This document shows, one piece after another, positions 26,133 through 39,100 of a stretch of DNA of 64,000 nucleotides. The position numbers were made by a program, and so were the translations under genes. The notes under the pieces were generated by a model. It was not told the DNA's origin and made no database searches. It saw only the letters and a list, made by a program, of their open reading frames with translations. The DNA is taken from NCBI RefSeq assembly GCF_009914755.1, contig NC_060926.1; one strand, 5' to 3'. Each line of letters starts with the position of its first letter. The first letter of the stretch is position 1. This DNA is from the human T2T-CHM13v2.0 reference genome, Homo sapiens.

Positions 26133-26464
26133 TGTATCTTCATATTTTTACATGCTAACCTACTCCTTAGTTTATTGTATATATTATTTCAATAATCAGA
26201 TATTTTTATTTTAGTGCACTTTAAAGATACTATTCTCTAACACTTATCTGTCAGTGTAAGACAACTATTGGTCTAATTGCTGTTCCTATTGGTTGAATTG
26301 TCTTTTTATTTGACTACGTTCTAAGTAATAAATAACCAGATAATCTCTTTGCCACTAGTCTTTCACAATTTGACTAACATACATTTTTTAATAGTTTTTT
26401 TCTTTAATCTTGCTTAATACATTATGGACTTCTGTCACTGGAGAATTAGTGGCATTTTGTTGTT

Positions 26465-26642
26465 GTTTTATTCTTAATTGACAAATAATAATTGTATATA
26501 TTTACGGGGTACAATGTGATCTTTTGATCAATGTACATTGTAGAAATATTCAACCAGCCTAATTAAGGTAGCTATCACCTCGCCAATTTATTTTTTCTTG
26601 TGGTGAAAACATTAAAATCTATTCCTTTAGCAGTTTTGAAAT
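26465..26642 (-). mobile_element. L1MA 3' end fragment
   Basis: AATTGACAAATAATAATTGTATATATTTACGGGGTACAATGTGAT...GTGGTGAAAACATTAAAATCTATTC. Confidence 0.85.
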
Positions 26643-27565
26643 CTGAGAATTTTCAGTCTTTGTCAATTTCAGCAAATTGCCTTCTCCACTGTCTATTAGC
26701 TTCTTACAGATGTTGCAGTATGCCACTCTCTTATCAATTCTTTTCTCACTGTATTCTGCATTTTGTCACACTTCGCCAAATGCTATACAATTCCTGCATT
26801 CTATCTTCACGTTCATTAATTATCTCTCCTGTGTCCAATGAACTAACCCTTTCTTTTAGTCTAAATTTCAATTACTTGTTTCTATGCAGTCTATTTGATT
26901 CTTTTTCAAAACTGCTGGTTCTTACTTTTGAAGTCTCTTTTTCTTTGCTTGTGAGTTCAATTATTTCTTAAGTTTTGGAAGTCTGGTTCCAGTTTTCTCT
27001 GCTAAGGGTGCATTTTTTTACAGGGAGGAATCTCATTTGTTAATGTCTAGTTCCTGAGGGCACTCTGTTATCTTGGTATTTTTGAATTAAGAGTCTCAGC
27101 TTGCTATTTTACAAAACATATAAATAGTATGAATTCAAAATTCAATTCCTGAAGCTATTTGGCCAGTGGACATGAATTATTAGACAAGATGCCTTCTTGC
27201 TCTCCAAGGCTGAGGCAGACAAACTTCTAACTAGTTATCTCTGTAAGTTGGATTTTAGCTTTCCCTACTTTAAAGAAGATAAATTATTATTCAACCTGAT
27301 CAGAAGATGCCCCTTCCAAATCTTATTGCAACCCTGACCCAAGGCATTACTCTACTCTGTATATGGCTCCTAAAACCAAATATGCAGACTATCAGAGTTA
27401 TAGTCACTAGATTTAAGTTCTTCCTTTATTCTTGGTCCTGAAAATTTTTATTATTTCTCATAAACTCATCCAAGTGTTGACAAATCTTTAAAAATTTTAA
27501 TCGGTTATATTTAAGCGTCTTGTAATGGTGAGGCTCCAGTATATGTTGAGTCCTAGTGATTGGAA

Positions 27566-27568
<3 letters not shown>

Positions 27569-27607
<39 letters not shown>

Positions 27608-27643
27608 GGAGAGAGAGAAAGAGAAAGACAGAGACAGAGAGAG
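27569..27643. repeat. (CA)18 followed by GA-rich microsatellite
   Basis: Read directly from the sequence. Confidence 0.97.
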
Positions 27644-28169
27644 AAAATTCTGTTACTACTCTTGGGTTGATTTATCTTTTTGACTGTCAGTTATTTTGTT
27701 CCTTAACAACTCCTTTTAGACCCAAAATCTACTAAACTGACCATTGTCCAAATCTCTATCACATATGAGGTTGAGAAATAAGTATTTTAGGTTCAGTGTT
27801 TTTCATGAAAACCTCTCCAAGAATATCTCAAGCAACTAAGATGAGTCAACCTCTACTGTCGGATGATCTAAAATCAATAAAAATATCTCAGATGATACAT
27901 TCAGTTCTATGGATTTCACTTCCTCACTCAAATAAAACTCAAGTAATTGGTCTCCCAGTGAGAAGTGAATATCCAGTAAAGCACACTTTACCATACAAGA
28001 AATAGTTTTCACCTTTGCATATGTGTTCCTTGTTCATCACATGCATGAGTTATCTTTCAGCCAAATCAGCTCTGACTTCTGAATCCTGGACATGTTATCA
28101 TTTATTTGGTCTGATTAGCCATTCAGCAATGTTAATACTTATGTATTTCTCATAAGTATTAATATGAGG

Positions 28170-28540
28170 TGTTATAGGACTTGATGGTGCAGGCCATATT
28201 TCTTTAACAAAGAGACAAAAATGTTGGTGGCTTAAATAAGACAGAGGTTTATTTCTCTTTTATGTGAGAGATCAGAGGCAGGCAGAAAGCTCAGGTTGTC
28301 AGTGTGGCTCAAAAATAGGAGATCATTCAGGGACCTTGATTCCTTCCATCTTTTTTCTCCTGTATTCCTCTATGATATTGTTGCCATCCATGTGGTTGGA
28401 GCCTGGCCATGGGTCCACCCACATGGAACAATGTGGAAGAATGGTGAAATAGAAAGGGAGGATTTCCTTTCAAGCAAGCACACATCATTTTTATTTGCAA
28501 TTTTGGGTGCCAATTAATTGCCAGCCACTCTAAGATCCAA
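28170..28540 (-). mobile_element. Old MLT1 (K/L-like) LTR fragment
   Basis: GGTGGCTTAAATAAGACAGAGGTTTATTTCTCT, TCAGGGACCTTGATTCCTTCCATCTT. Confidence 0.5.
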
Positions 28541-30934
28541 GAGACGCCAACAAATATCTAACCTCCAGCCTGTGACCTGGGCCTGGCCACTGTTTTCTTA
28601 CTAGGGAAGAAAGGCATGGAACTCTGGGGCCAACTAGTAGTGTCCCATGGCTTTTCTGGTGGCTTCCTATGGTGAGGGGACATGTGTGAGTCTTCTGCTC
28701 TGTGAAGCATCAGCACTTCTCGGGGTGCTCTTGAGAGCCTGTGATTAGAGTGCATGTCCAGGCTCTTTCCACAGAGTCTCTTTCTGGGTGACAGTATCCT
28801 GCACAATTCCTCAGGCACAGCGGGCACTGCCTCAGTCCTCCAGAAGTAATTGCTTTGTTCTCTTCTGGGACCCTGGCCTTGTGACACATCTCAGCCTGAT
28901 AGATGATGGGCTCTGGAGACGGATGGTTTGAATTCAATTCCCCAGTCTGCCCATCGGTCATGGTTTGCTGCACTATCCTGGACCTGTGCTTCAGTTTCCA
29001 TAGATGTGGTAAGATAGGAATGGTGATGATACGTGTCTCATACTGCGGTCAGGAGAGGTTGGTTATGAGGGACAAATTAGACACTCTCAGGAAATTGGTG
29101 GAATAATGACCAGGGAATATTAGTTGGACTCCCCAGGATGCAGAAATGCATTTTTACTCTTGCCAATCCTTCTCCTTACAAACTACTCTGTCATTTTATC
29201 CCCCAAATCTTTCAGTGCAATCTCTGGGAAATATAATATATTTTCTTCTGATCTTTATTCTCAATGAAAACTCATTTTAGTTTAAGAAAACACGTTTAAA
29301 AATTGGTCTTTCAATATTAGCCTTATCAGACTTAGTGTTATATTTAATGAAATAAATTGTTTTTAATGGCTACCTTTAAAACTCTTTGTCAATGTATAGT
29401 GTCTTGTTTCAGTTGGTGAGCAGCCTGGACTCCTTTTAATCTCTGCCTTGGAAGTCTAAACCAACCAGTCTGATTTTACATTATTTTAACATTATTTGGC
29501 ATGGTAATCATTATACTTGTCCCCCTTAAAATCTCCTTGAAGGCAGGGGTAGAATATTTTTCTTCTTGCTATCTCTATAGTTGAGCATATTCTTGGCATA
29601 CACAAGTGTTCAATAACATTGTGAACAAGTGAATGAGAAAAGCTTGTAACCAGATTTAAGTAGCATTTTTCAACTCAACACTAATATACACTAAACCATG
29701 TTGAAGAGGACAATATTTTGCTAGGCAAGGTCTTTTAAGAATGTATGTGTTCAAAGATGAAAAGCAAAATGACATTAAAGAGCACTCCACTGGCAAGTCC
29801 CAGGAGGCAGTAGGTGAGCCGTCGCTAGTTAAATTGTACTAACGCAAAACATTATAGCATTAGACTGCAGCCTGTAATCAATGCCAGCTGGAAGCCCATA
29901 TCAACAGTTTTGTGTTTCTTGCCAGTTCCTTGTTAATCCCTTAAAAGGGAAGGTAAAAACAAGGCCAATAGCTTTTATTACATAGGATGATTTATCGATC
30001 CCAGCTATTCAAACATTTCACTTCACCCAGTGTGCATGCCAAAAATGTTTATTTCAGAAATGTTTATTTGATTAATTATGCCATGTAACATAGATGGCTG
30101 ATGAGTAAAAAGGAAATCCTGTCTATAGCTGTTACATGTCATCTTTCATTTTTAAGGTAAAATAGGTTTATCTTCCATTGAGCCTAATGACAAAGGCTTT
30201 TAGGATTAGAAGAATGAACCCTGTAAGCCTATAACTTCCCCTCATGTCTTCCAATTATGTCTGGTCAAATGAATATGAGCTGAAGCATTTACTACCAAGT
30301 ATGGATTTTGAGATAAGCTTTGAACTCTTCTTCCTTGAAGGTCACCTGGTAGCATTTATAGATCTTCCAAATTGATGTGTGGCAATGTAACTTTCACATT
30401 AACTAAAAATATAACAACTCTTTTTTAATTCTTAGAACAATGATAAAAAAATGCAAAGCCTCTAGCACCAAATAAAACAATGTATTCTCTCTTTAACACT
30501 AAAAATAAAACCCTAAACCTTGGAAATAGAATTTCTAATGAGTTGTCCATGAGCTGAGTAGAGGATAGGGGCCCTGAAAGAATGATTTTTATTTTCATCA
30601 TTGAAAAAAATAAGAATGCATTCTTCTATTCATTTTATGTGGTCAAATAATTTCAATATAATAAGAATTTATTGAGCTTCTTGTATGTACTACAATTCTA
30701 GGAATGCTTTCTTTATGGAGCTGTAATCTTTTAGGAAAGGAAGGGAAAACACAGAGATGAGGTGTCACATGTTTTAAATTAGTCTTAATTTTTTCTTTTA
30801 AAACATAATGTCCATTAAAGAAAATTTATCAAAATACATATAAATATAAAGAAGAAAATTCAACATTCTTACTATAGAAATAATTGCTATTAATGCATTT
30901 TGTTGGTTATATAGGTGTGTATGATACATTCTGA

Positions 30935-31229
<295 letters not shown>

Positions 31230-31837
31230 TACATTCTGATTTTTTAACTTCAATTTATATTGTGGGCATTTTACATCTTATTATATATTCATAAATGTTT
31301 CCTCATGGTTGCTTACTGATCTATTTAACAGATATACCATAATATACTTAATAGTAGCTGGGCTTTTATGTTTGAACTTAAGTTAGAATTCAGATATGTT
31401 TTTGCAGTGTAACACTCTGGTGGGTTGAGCTCACCAGAAGCCGATTGGTGACATGCACCACGTCAAAGTTTTGGTAGAGAGATGTGCATGCTCCCTTAAT
31501 ATGCTGTGACACAATTCTCTGATTGATCATAAGGAGAACTGTCAGTGGCTTGCATAAGACATAGGGGTTTAAAATGTTTCCTAGGACATGGAGGGGCTGG
31601 TGGGTCAATGGCAAGGCATGGCAGAAGACTGCGGGTGAGCTGCATAATTCCTGCAGAGAAACTGCCTCATCATTCACAGCAAAATTTCCCAGAGGATTGG
31701 CAGCATTGCCCAATGGGCCATGAAAACAATATGGTACAGAAACACCAAGAGATTCTGAAAACGTATTTACTTCAAGTTGACAAAATACAGAAAACATAGG
31801 CACCATGTGTAAAACAAAAGATGAGATGGAAAATGAG

Positions 31838-32525
31838 TGTGTTCATTATTGATTTATTGCCGATCAGCTCCAAATATATCCCTTTTGTCTGCTTTGTGGA
31901 AATGAATCTGGGCCTTTCATTTATTTATCTTTTCTTTGCTGGCTGCCATGACATTAAACTTTGTCAGTAGAGGGTGGTAGAGACATTGCAGGAAGCATGG
32001 ATTTTGTATTCTGGTTCTGGTGCTTGCCTGGCAGGCAGCCTGCAGGGTGCTCATCTTCTCTAGGGCGTGGCTCCTGCAGTGTGCCGTGGCTAGCTGCCTA
32101 TCCTGGCGTTGCCCATGGGCATGCTTTTAGCATTGAGCCTCTAGTGAGCACCTCACTATGAATGGCTTTCCCCTGCAATTGAGGGGGTCCATTTAGTGCA
32201 AATCCCTGAGGGTGGATTTCCATCAGGTTCTGCCAGTGCAGTACCCCAGTGTCTTACCTGCCATGTGGTGGCCCACAGCTGTGCCCTTCTCAACAAAGTC
32301 TGTGCCTCAGCCTTGGGGGGGAGGAGGTGCACTTTCTTGGGGACTCTTTCTCCGCCCTAGGGCTAGTGGTGCCTCCTTATATCTTCTATTTCTAGATCCC
32401 TTAGAGTTCTCTTTTCTTCTACCAGCTGTATTCCAATCCCCTGTTATATCTAATAAATTCTTTATATTAAGCGTCCCCTGTTCAAGTTAACATGCAGCTT
32501 ATCTCTTTATTGAATCTTTAAGGAT
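31838..32525 (+). mobile_element. LTR41-like ERVL solo LTR
   Basis: GATTTATTGCCGATCAGCTCCAAAT...TTAAACTTTGTCAGTAGAGGG...TAATAAATTCTTTATATTAAGCGTCCCCTGTTCAAG. Confidence 0.7.
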
Positions 32526-32999
32526 ACAATGAATCACCAGGGATTCAGGCAGAGATGTAAGAAGAGTGGGCAAAAATATGAAGACAATGCGTGGAAGAGG
32601 AAAATGAAATAATAAATGTATATCTTCTTATAGGACATTAAAGAACAGGAAAGTGTGGCACAACATCAACTCAGGAAGACAGATCGCACGTAAGGAAGCC
32701 AACAGTCAAGTGCCTACAGAAAGCAGAGTGGCTCAGTTTCTGCTCAGTGGTTGAACAACCCAATGAAACCATTAAATGAGAAAATTACTTTTATATTAGC
32801 TTGTTAGAAATGATCTTACACATAGTAAAAATATATTTTTTTAAATCCTATAGTACTGGCTACTTAAATAAGTTTATTTGATAAAATTCCATATTAAGAG
32901 ACATATTTAAGGAACACTACAGCATGATTTTAAACAGTATTTTTCTCCAGCAAAAATGGATAGATGAGTTGCTTGATTTTTTAATTTGCTGTCCTGGAG

Positions 33000-33188
33000 C
33001 AGGGGTCTGCCTGCTTTTGTATATAAAGTTTTCTTAGAATACAATATCACCCATCTGTTAACTTATTGTGTATTGTTGCTTTCATTCTTCAACAACAGAG
33101 CTGTTTAGCTGCAAAGAGAAATAGTGTGATGTGCAAAGCTTGAAATGTTTGCTTGCTGGTTCTTTATAGATAAGCTTGCGGGTCCCTG
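33000..33188. mobile_element. MER58A (hAT-Charlie)
   Basis: CAGGGGTCTG...TAAAGTTTTCTTAGAATACA...CTGGTTCTTTATAGATAAGCTTGCGGGTCCCTG. Confidence 0.8.
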
Positions 33189-33894
33189 CCCTAGAAGCCA
33201 CCATGTGGCACCATGCTGGATCACTGCCCCACATTAGCTTAATTTGTCTTCACCGCAACCCTGGTAGGAGTGCCCACTGTACCAGGTTTGTTAAGGCAGC
33301 TGAAGTTTAGAGACCATTATAGGTAGTGGTAAAGCGTGAAGGCTTGGAAGTCACATGGGCAGGGTTCAAACTGCCTCCACTGTTTAATGTGCTTTGTCAT
33401 ACTACGTGATCTCCCCAAGCCTCAGTGCCTAACGTGATAAATAATTATCACATAGAACTGCTAAGACTATTATTTAATTCACTTAGATAAAGAGCTTAGC
33501 TTAGTACCTATGACCCAGGAAATGCTCAATGAATTCTTACGCATTGTTCAAGAAGTTCAGACTCTTGGTTAAGACATCATGTTCTGTAGTGGCACTGGCA
33601 TTCCAGTGCGATATGTCTGAGTCCAGAGCTTGAGTTCATAACCACTATAGGAAATTACCAGATGTTTAATGCACAACTGAAACATACTCTTCTCTTCCCT
33701 GAGTTTCCAATTTTCCCCTCTTTAGAAACAAGAGATCTCTTTCTAAGTTACACAATTGAGCTGTGTCCAGTAAATATGCTAATACCAGACTGTCTTTGTC
33801 CTTAACCCTTGGTTATTTTATTCTGTAGGGGTTCTTATTACTCAGGATGCATTGTTTCTTTCCAGCACTTCTCCTCAGGTTGGTTTGAGGAAGG

Positions 33895-34496
33895 TGTAGC
33901 TGGCAAAATTTTAAGATGCGCCACAGACCCTGTCCTCTGGTGTACTTCCCTTACAGGTGGAGCTTGTGAATATGGTGGGCTTTCACTTTCCTGGGTAAGT
34001 GAAGGGATTTTGCAAAAGCAATTAAGGTTCCTAATCAGGTGACTTTGAGTTAATCAAAGGCCCTGATCCTGGGTAGACCTGATCAAAGCAGGTAAGCCCT
34101 TAATAAGAGAGAGATTTGAAGCAAGAGAGATTATGCTCCTGGTCTTAAAGAAGTGAGTGGCCACATTGGGAGAGGGTCTTTAGGAAGGGCTATGAGAGGA
34201 TCACATGGCAGCCTCTCCAGCTGAGTATGTTCTCTGCCTAACAGCCAGCAAGAAAAAGAGAACCTCAGACTCAAAGCTGCATGAAAGTTAATTGAATCTT
34301 TCCCCAGTCAAGATTCTAATGAGAACTCAGCCCAAGCCTATACCTGGATTTCACCCTAGTAAGATCCTAAAGTAAAGAATCCAGCCAAGCCATGCCTGGA
34401 CCCCTAACCCAGAAAAACTGTGAGATCATAAATGTGTGTTGTGGAAAGCTGCTAAGTTTGTAGTAATTTGCTCCATAGCAATAGAAAACTATTACA
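33895..34496 (+). mobile_element. MLT1E/F-like solo LTR
   Basis: TG...CA termini; TAATCAGGTGACTTTGAGTTAATCAAAGG; CTGTGAGATCATAAATGTGTGTTG...CAATAGAAAACTATTACA; TSD GAAGG on both sides. Confidence 0.88.
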
Positions 34497-35156
34497 GAAG
34501 GATAAGCTACAGCAAAATCAAGGAACATATTTCTCAACAGCTCTTTGGAGGGAAGGAAAAAAGAAGCAAAATATTTGCTAAAATCAGACTCACTCTGGTT
34601 TTTTGGAAAGTGACTGCCTTATCCATTGCTGCTGTGTGCATGTCCAGGAAGCAGCACAGTCATACAGAGGAGGACTTCGAGGTCCCAATCACACTGCTGT
34701 GTGGCCCCCATTAACACCACTTCCTAATAAATTATGCCAAGTGCTTATGATACCACAGGCACTTTAAACATAAGAATACATTAATTTATAGTAAAATACA
34801 AGTTGTTGTTGAAAAAGAAATGACTAGATTTGTTCATTATTGGTTATAACTGAGTATATAGGAAATATCAGTCCATGAATTAATTTTACACAATCTTTAA
34901 ATTAGTCATAGTGAGTTTGGCTCAAGAGTAGTATTTTGTGATGGAGACACTTCGTTAAAAAATAGGAAAGAGGGAGGGTGTTCTCTGAGGACCCTTGGCG
35001 AGTTGAATTTTGTGACTAAAATATATAATGTTCTAACTGTGGCAGATGCAGCTCTGAAGTAATGAAATAGATAAACACTGGGAGAGGGACAAGGGAAGAA
35101 AAGATCTACTAGGCTGACCACAACTAGGGCTACTAGCCAGCTGGTAGGGTGCTACA

Positions 35157-35776
35157 ATTGTTTCCTTTGCTGCCATAACATATTATTACGAACTTAGTTT
35201 TTTTAAAACATGTATTTCTTATTTCATGGTTTTGTAGGTTGAAATCTGGATCATCTCATTACTGTGCTTCTGGTTTCACTAGGCTGGAATCAAGGTGTCC
35301 ATCGGCTAAGCTCTAATCAACAGTTCTAGCAAGAATCTGCTCCCAATGCCATTCACGTTGCTGGCAGAATCCACTTTATTTTGGTTTCACTAGTGAGGTT
35401 CTCATTTGCTGCCTGACAGCTGGCTTTAAGCTCCAGAGACCTCTCTCTGGTTTTTGTGTGTGAGCATCTATACCTCAGAGCCAGCAATGGTGCACTGAAA
35501 CGTTCTCACTCATGGAATCACTCTGACTTCCCTTTTTGCTGCATCTTTCTGACTCCATCCAGAGAAAGTGCTCCAGTTTTGAGGGTTTCTGTGATTATAT
35601 TAGACCCACTCAGATAGTCTAGGATAATCTTCCAATTCTGAAAACTGTAACTTTAATTACATCTGCATTGTCTTTTTTTTTTTTTTTTTTTTTTTTTTAC
35701 CATGTAATGTAACATATTTTTAGATTCCAGGGACTGTCCATATTTATCTTTGGGGGCCTTTATTCTGGCCACCACA
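35157..35776 (-). mobile_element. MLT1 (E/G-like) solo LTR with internal poly(T)
   Basis: GCTGCCATAACATATTA, AGGCTGGAATCAAGGTGTC, TTAATTACATCTGCA, GGGGCCTTTATTCTGGCCACCACA. Confidence 0.8.
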
Positions 35777-35934
35777 GATGCACTCACTCTTTGGATGCTA
35801 GTGGTCAAGTCTGGTACAAGCTTTTTAATGTGTTCAGCATGATTTAGCCACTTTCTATATCCGTGCAGAGACATGGGTGATGGCATTAAATCCTTAACGG
35901 CATAAATAAAGGGATAGTACAAACAGTGTCATTT

Positions 35935-36190
35935 ATCTTGTGGTTAAAAGTCAGAATAAGGTTCAACTTCTGGTATGGCTATATACTGGGATGGACATGG
36001 CGCCCATCTTGAATATGTGGATCTTGGGAAAATGACTCTCATATTTTCTTTGATAAAATGGGACTAATAAAACTCAATGGGAGATAATCAAAAGGATAAT
36101 GATGTACTCATTTACTAACATCTTATGGAGATGAAATATGATAATCCCTGTAAAGACATTTGCTCATGGTTGTTGCTAAACAAATGTTAG
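35935..36190 (+). mobile_element. MIR
   Basis: GTGGTTAAAAG...TAAAATGGGACTAATAA...TGTAAAG...AAACAAATGTTAGTT. Confidence 0.6.
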
Positions 36191-39100
36191 TTCCCTTCTA
36201 ACCTTCTCCTACTCTATTTTTCCAGTATTGTTACAAGAATCCAGAGATTATTTATTTTCATTAAACAAAATTTTAAGAAACAGAAAAAATAATATAGATA
36301 TCTATATTGCCTACTACTCAATCTCCACCTAGTAATTCCCAAAGCGTTTGAATCCACTTGCGGGCACCAATAAAGATACACAATGGAAATATCTAATTGT
36401 TAAGCATCTGGACAACTAAAGTGTTGCAATTTGTACATTTGAAATGTTATGTTGAAGTAAATCAATGAATTGTAAGTAAGTCATGTGAAAAGATGTCTGA
36501 TAATGTTTTTCTGGCTATGTATGGAATGGTTAAAGTGGTTTATTCTAAGAGTTTACAGATGTGTAAAAGTTCATAAATAATTCACACAATAGGACAATTG
36601 AGAATAATTTGGAGTCTGTTACATCAAGCACCATTGTTTGTTACAAATATCTACATGACATTGAAACTCCAATTTCTTCTACAACCAAACATTAGAATTA
36701 TTACTTGGCAGTGAAGTCCGTGCCTCAATGATATTTATTCAGGCAATACATTCAAGAAAGGATTTCATGAAAGCCAATATTCTCAATGGCAGCTGGAGAT
36801 CTCCTGGTTCATAAAATATTGTACTTTAGAGTAGACCATGGAAAGTTAAACTTTCAATCCCTCTCTGATACCTGCTGTCCCCTGTAAAGCTGTTTTTTAA
36901 TCTCCTCTTTCCAAAGGCTGGGATCATTCCCCTTTCATCAGTGTTCTTATTACTCATTTAATACCTCTGTTGAAGCTTCCTCCACTGTAGTTTGGGGGTT
37001 TTTGTTCACTTTTTCTGTTTCCTTCATTGGGCTGTGAACTCTTCAAATGTAAAAACCACATATTGTTGACTTCTATTTCTAGATCTAGTTTGGTTTTCTG
37101 GGTTAGAACTGGCTCCCAGTAGAGCACTTCATTAAAAGCACTGAAGAACTTCAGTTATAAGCATATAATAGGAAAAATATTTAACACAATGTGGGTAAAT
37201 GTGAGCTGATTTTAGGACAGAGAACAAACTAACATATAGGGAATGATGAAAAAGAAACTTTGGAGAAAGAATAGAAGAAAAGTATTTTTAATATCAAATA
37301 TTATGCCTTGATCTCTGGGATATTTTTCTTTCTCAAATATAATCGGACTATTGAGTCTAGAATATATTTTACCATTATAGTTATAGAAATACTTTCCAGT
37401 TGTTTAACAATTCAAATCAGCAATGGTCATATGAATTTGAAAAATAAGAAAAAAAGATTAAATATGAAAAATAAAAAGGAAAGGCATTTGTGCTAGGGAT
37501 CCACCAATTTGATGCTTTGAGATTACAATCAGGGTACTGAAGTTGAGTGCTGGGCAGCCAGTGAGGCAGTTTCTTGCCTTGTGCATCATCTTATAACATG
37601 GCATTTTCCCAGAGTAATTATTCAATCAGCCTAAGTACACACATTAGGTGTTGGTCTTTGGCTCTGAAAATGTGAAAACCTAATGCTTAGAATTGAAAGG
37701 CACCAGAGTTTTCCAACTTCTTCATACCATGCAGATGGAATATGCAGACCAGAGCCACCTTCACACTTGGTTCTAACGCAGATGATATGATTATGCACAG
37801 ACAGGCAATGGGAAATATGTTTATTTAGGGTTATACAGAGCAAGTGCTATGATGTTTACCCTTCAAAAACACCTATGAGACTCAAGAATTCCTCCTAATG
37901 ACAGAGGTTTTTCCAAATATCAAACAGACAGTGCCTGGTGATGATCAGGAACCACTGTTTCAATCAATTATATTCTCACCCATATTTCACTCAACCTAAT
38001 GAACTGCAATGACTCAGCATTAATGAATTCCTAAACATATGTTTTGTCCAATTGATCATCTTGCTGCTAGTTCTGGACTCTTTCACTACCTACAGTTAAT
38101 AACATAAGCCTTATTTCTTTTCTTGACATCATTCATTTTCTTGAAATTTGCAAGACTAAACCTATTAAACCATAATAAAAAGCAAAGCTTTAGATTCCTT
38201 ATTGTAATTCCCAGTTAAGTACATCTTCCACCAGCAAACAGTCAAGATGTTGCTTAGTCACTCATAAAATATTAAAATGTTCAATATTAGTCATTTTATG
38301 GAACCATCAGAGGTTGGATAAATTTATTGGTTCAACTTAGGTTAAATCTATAAAAAACTCATGCTCTACTAATAGCTAAATTCTTATTAAAGGCGTTTGC
38401 AGAAGAATACAAATGTTCTTTCAAAACCAGACATGACTTTACGCCCTAACTCACTGTGACTCATGATAAGAATTTAGGTTCTCACAAAATCTATTTTCTA
38501 TTTTACAACTAGAGTGGTCAGTTGATTTTCCAAAATAAATTCTGGTCTCAGGTTTAGCAAGATGCACACATTCACACATGCTGTAGAGCAAGTAAATAGC
38601 CTTCCCTGTCAAAATCAAAATATGATTGTGACTTCTTTAGGGGCTAGGAATGTCCTACTGCACTAGGTATCAGTGCGTGTCTCAAACTACGTAATAAAGA
38701 GATGCAGTTATTCATTATGCAGCGCTTCCTGTCGCCATGTGTCAGATCCTGCCACATGACAAACGCCAGGCACAAACAGAAGCACAGTTCCTTCCCGCAA
38801 GAATCTCACTGTAAACCAACATGAACATACATACTCACTTTGCATGTGATCTGTGTCCAAGGAAGTGTATTTGGAAAGTCTTTTGGGAACCCAGGGTGGG
38901 GGAAACTAGTTCTGCCTAGAGAGAGAGCAAGGCATTTTCAGAATTGACATTTCAACAAACGTTCTGGGGAGACAGAAAAACAGTGAGGGTGTGAGCTTTG
39001 AATTTGCTTTTCTTTCTTACTCCAGTGTGACTTTGAATGACTGATGCCAATTGTCAGACAATTTTTTGTATATTTATTTTCTTATTTGTAAAATGAAATA

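Noticed and set aside
31390-31806. 138-aa minus-strand ORF in unique DNA
   Set aside because: No recognisable domain or family similarity, no supporting splice or poly(A)/TSD structure, and the length is compatible with chance.
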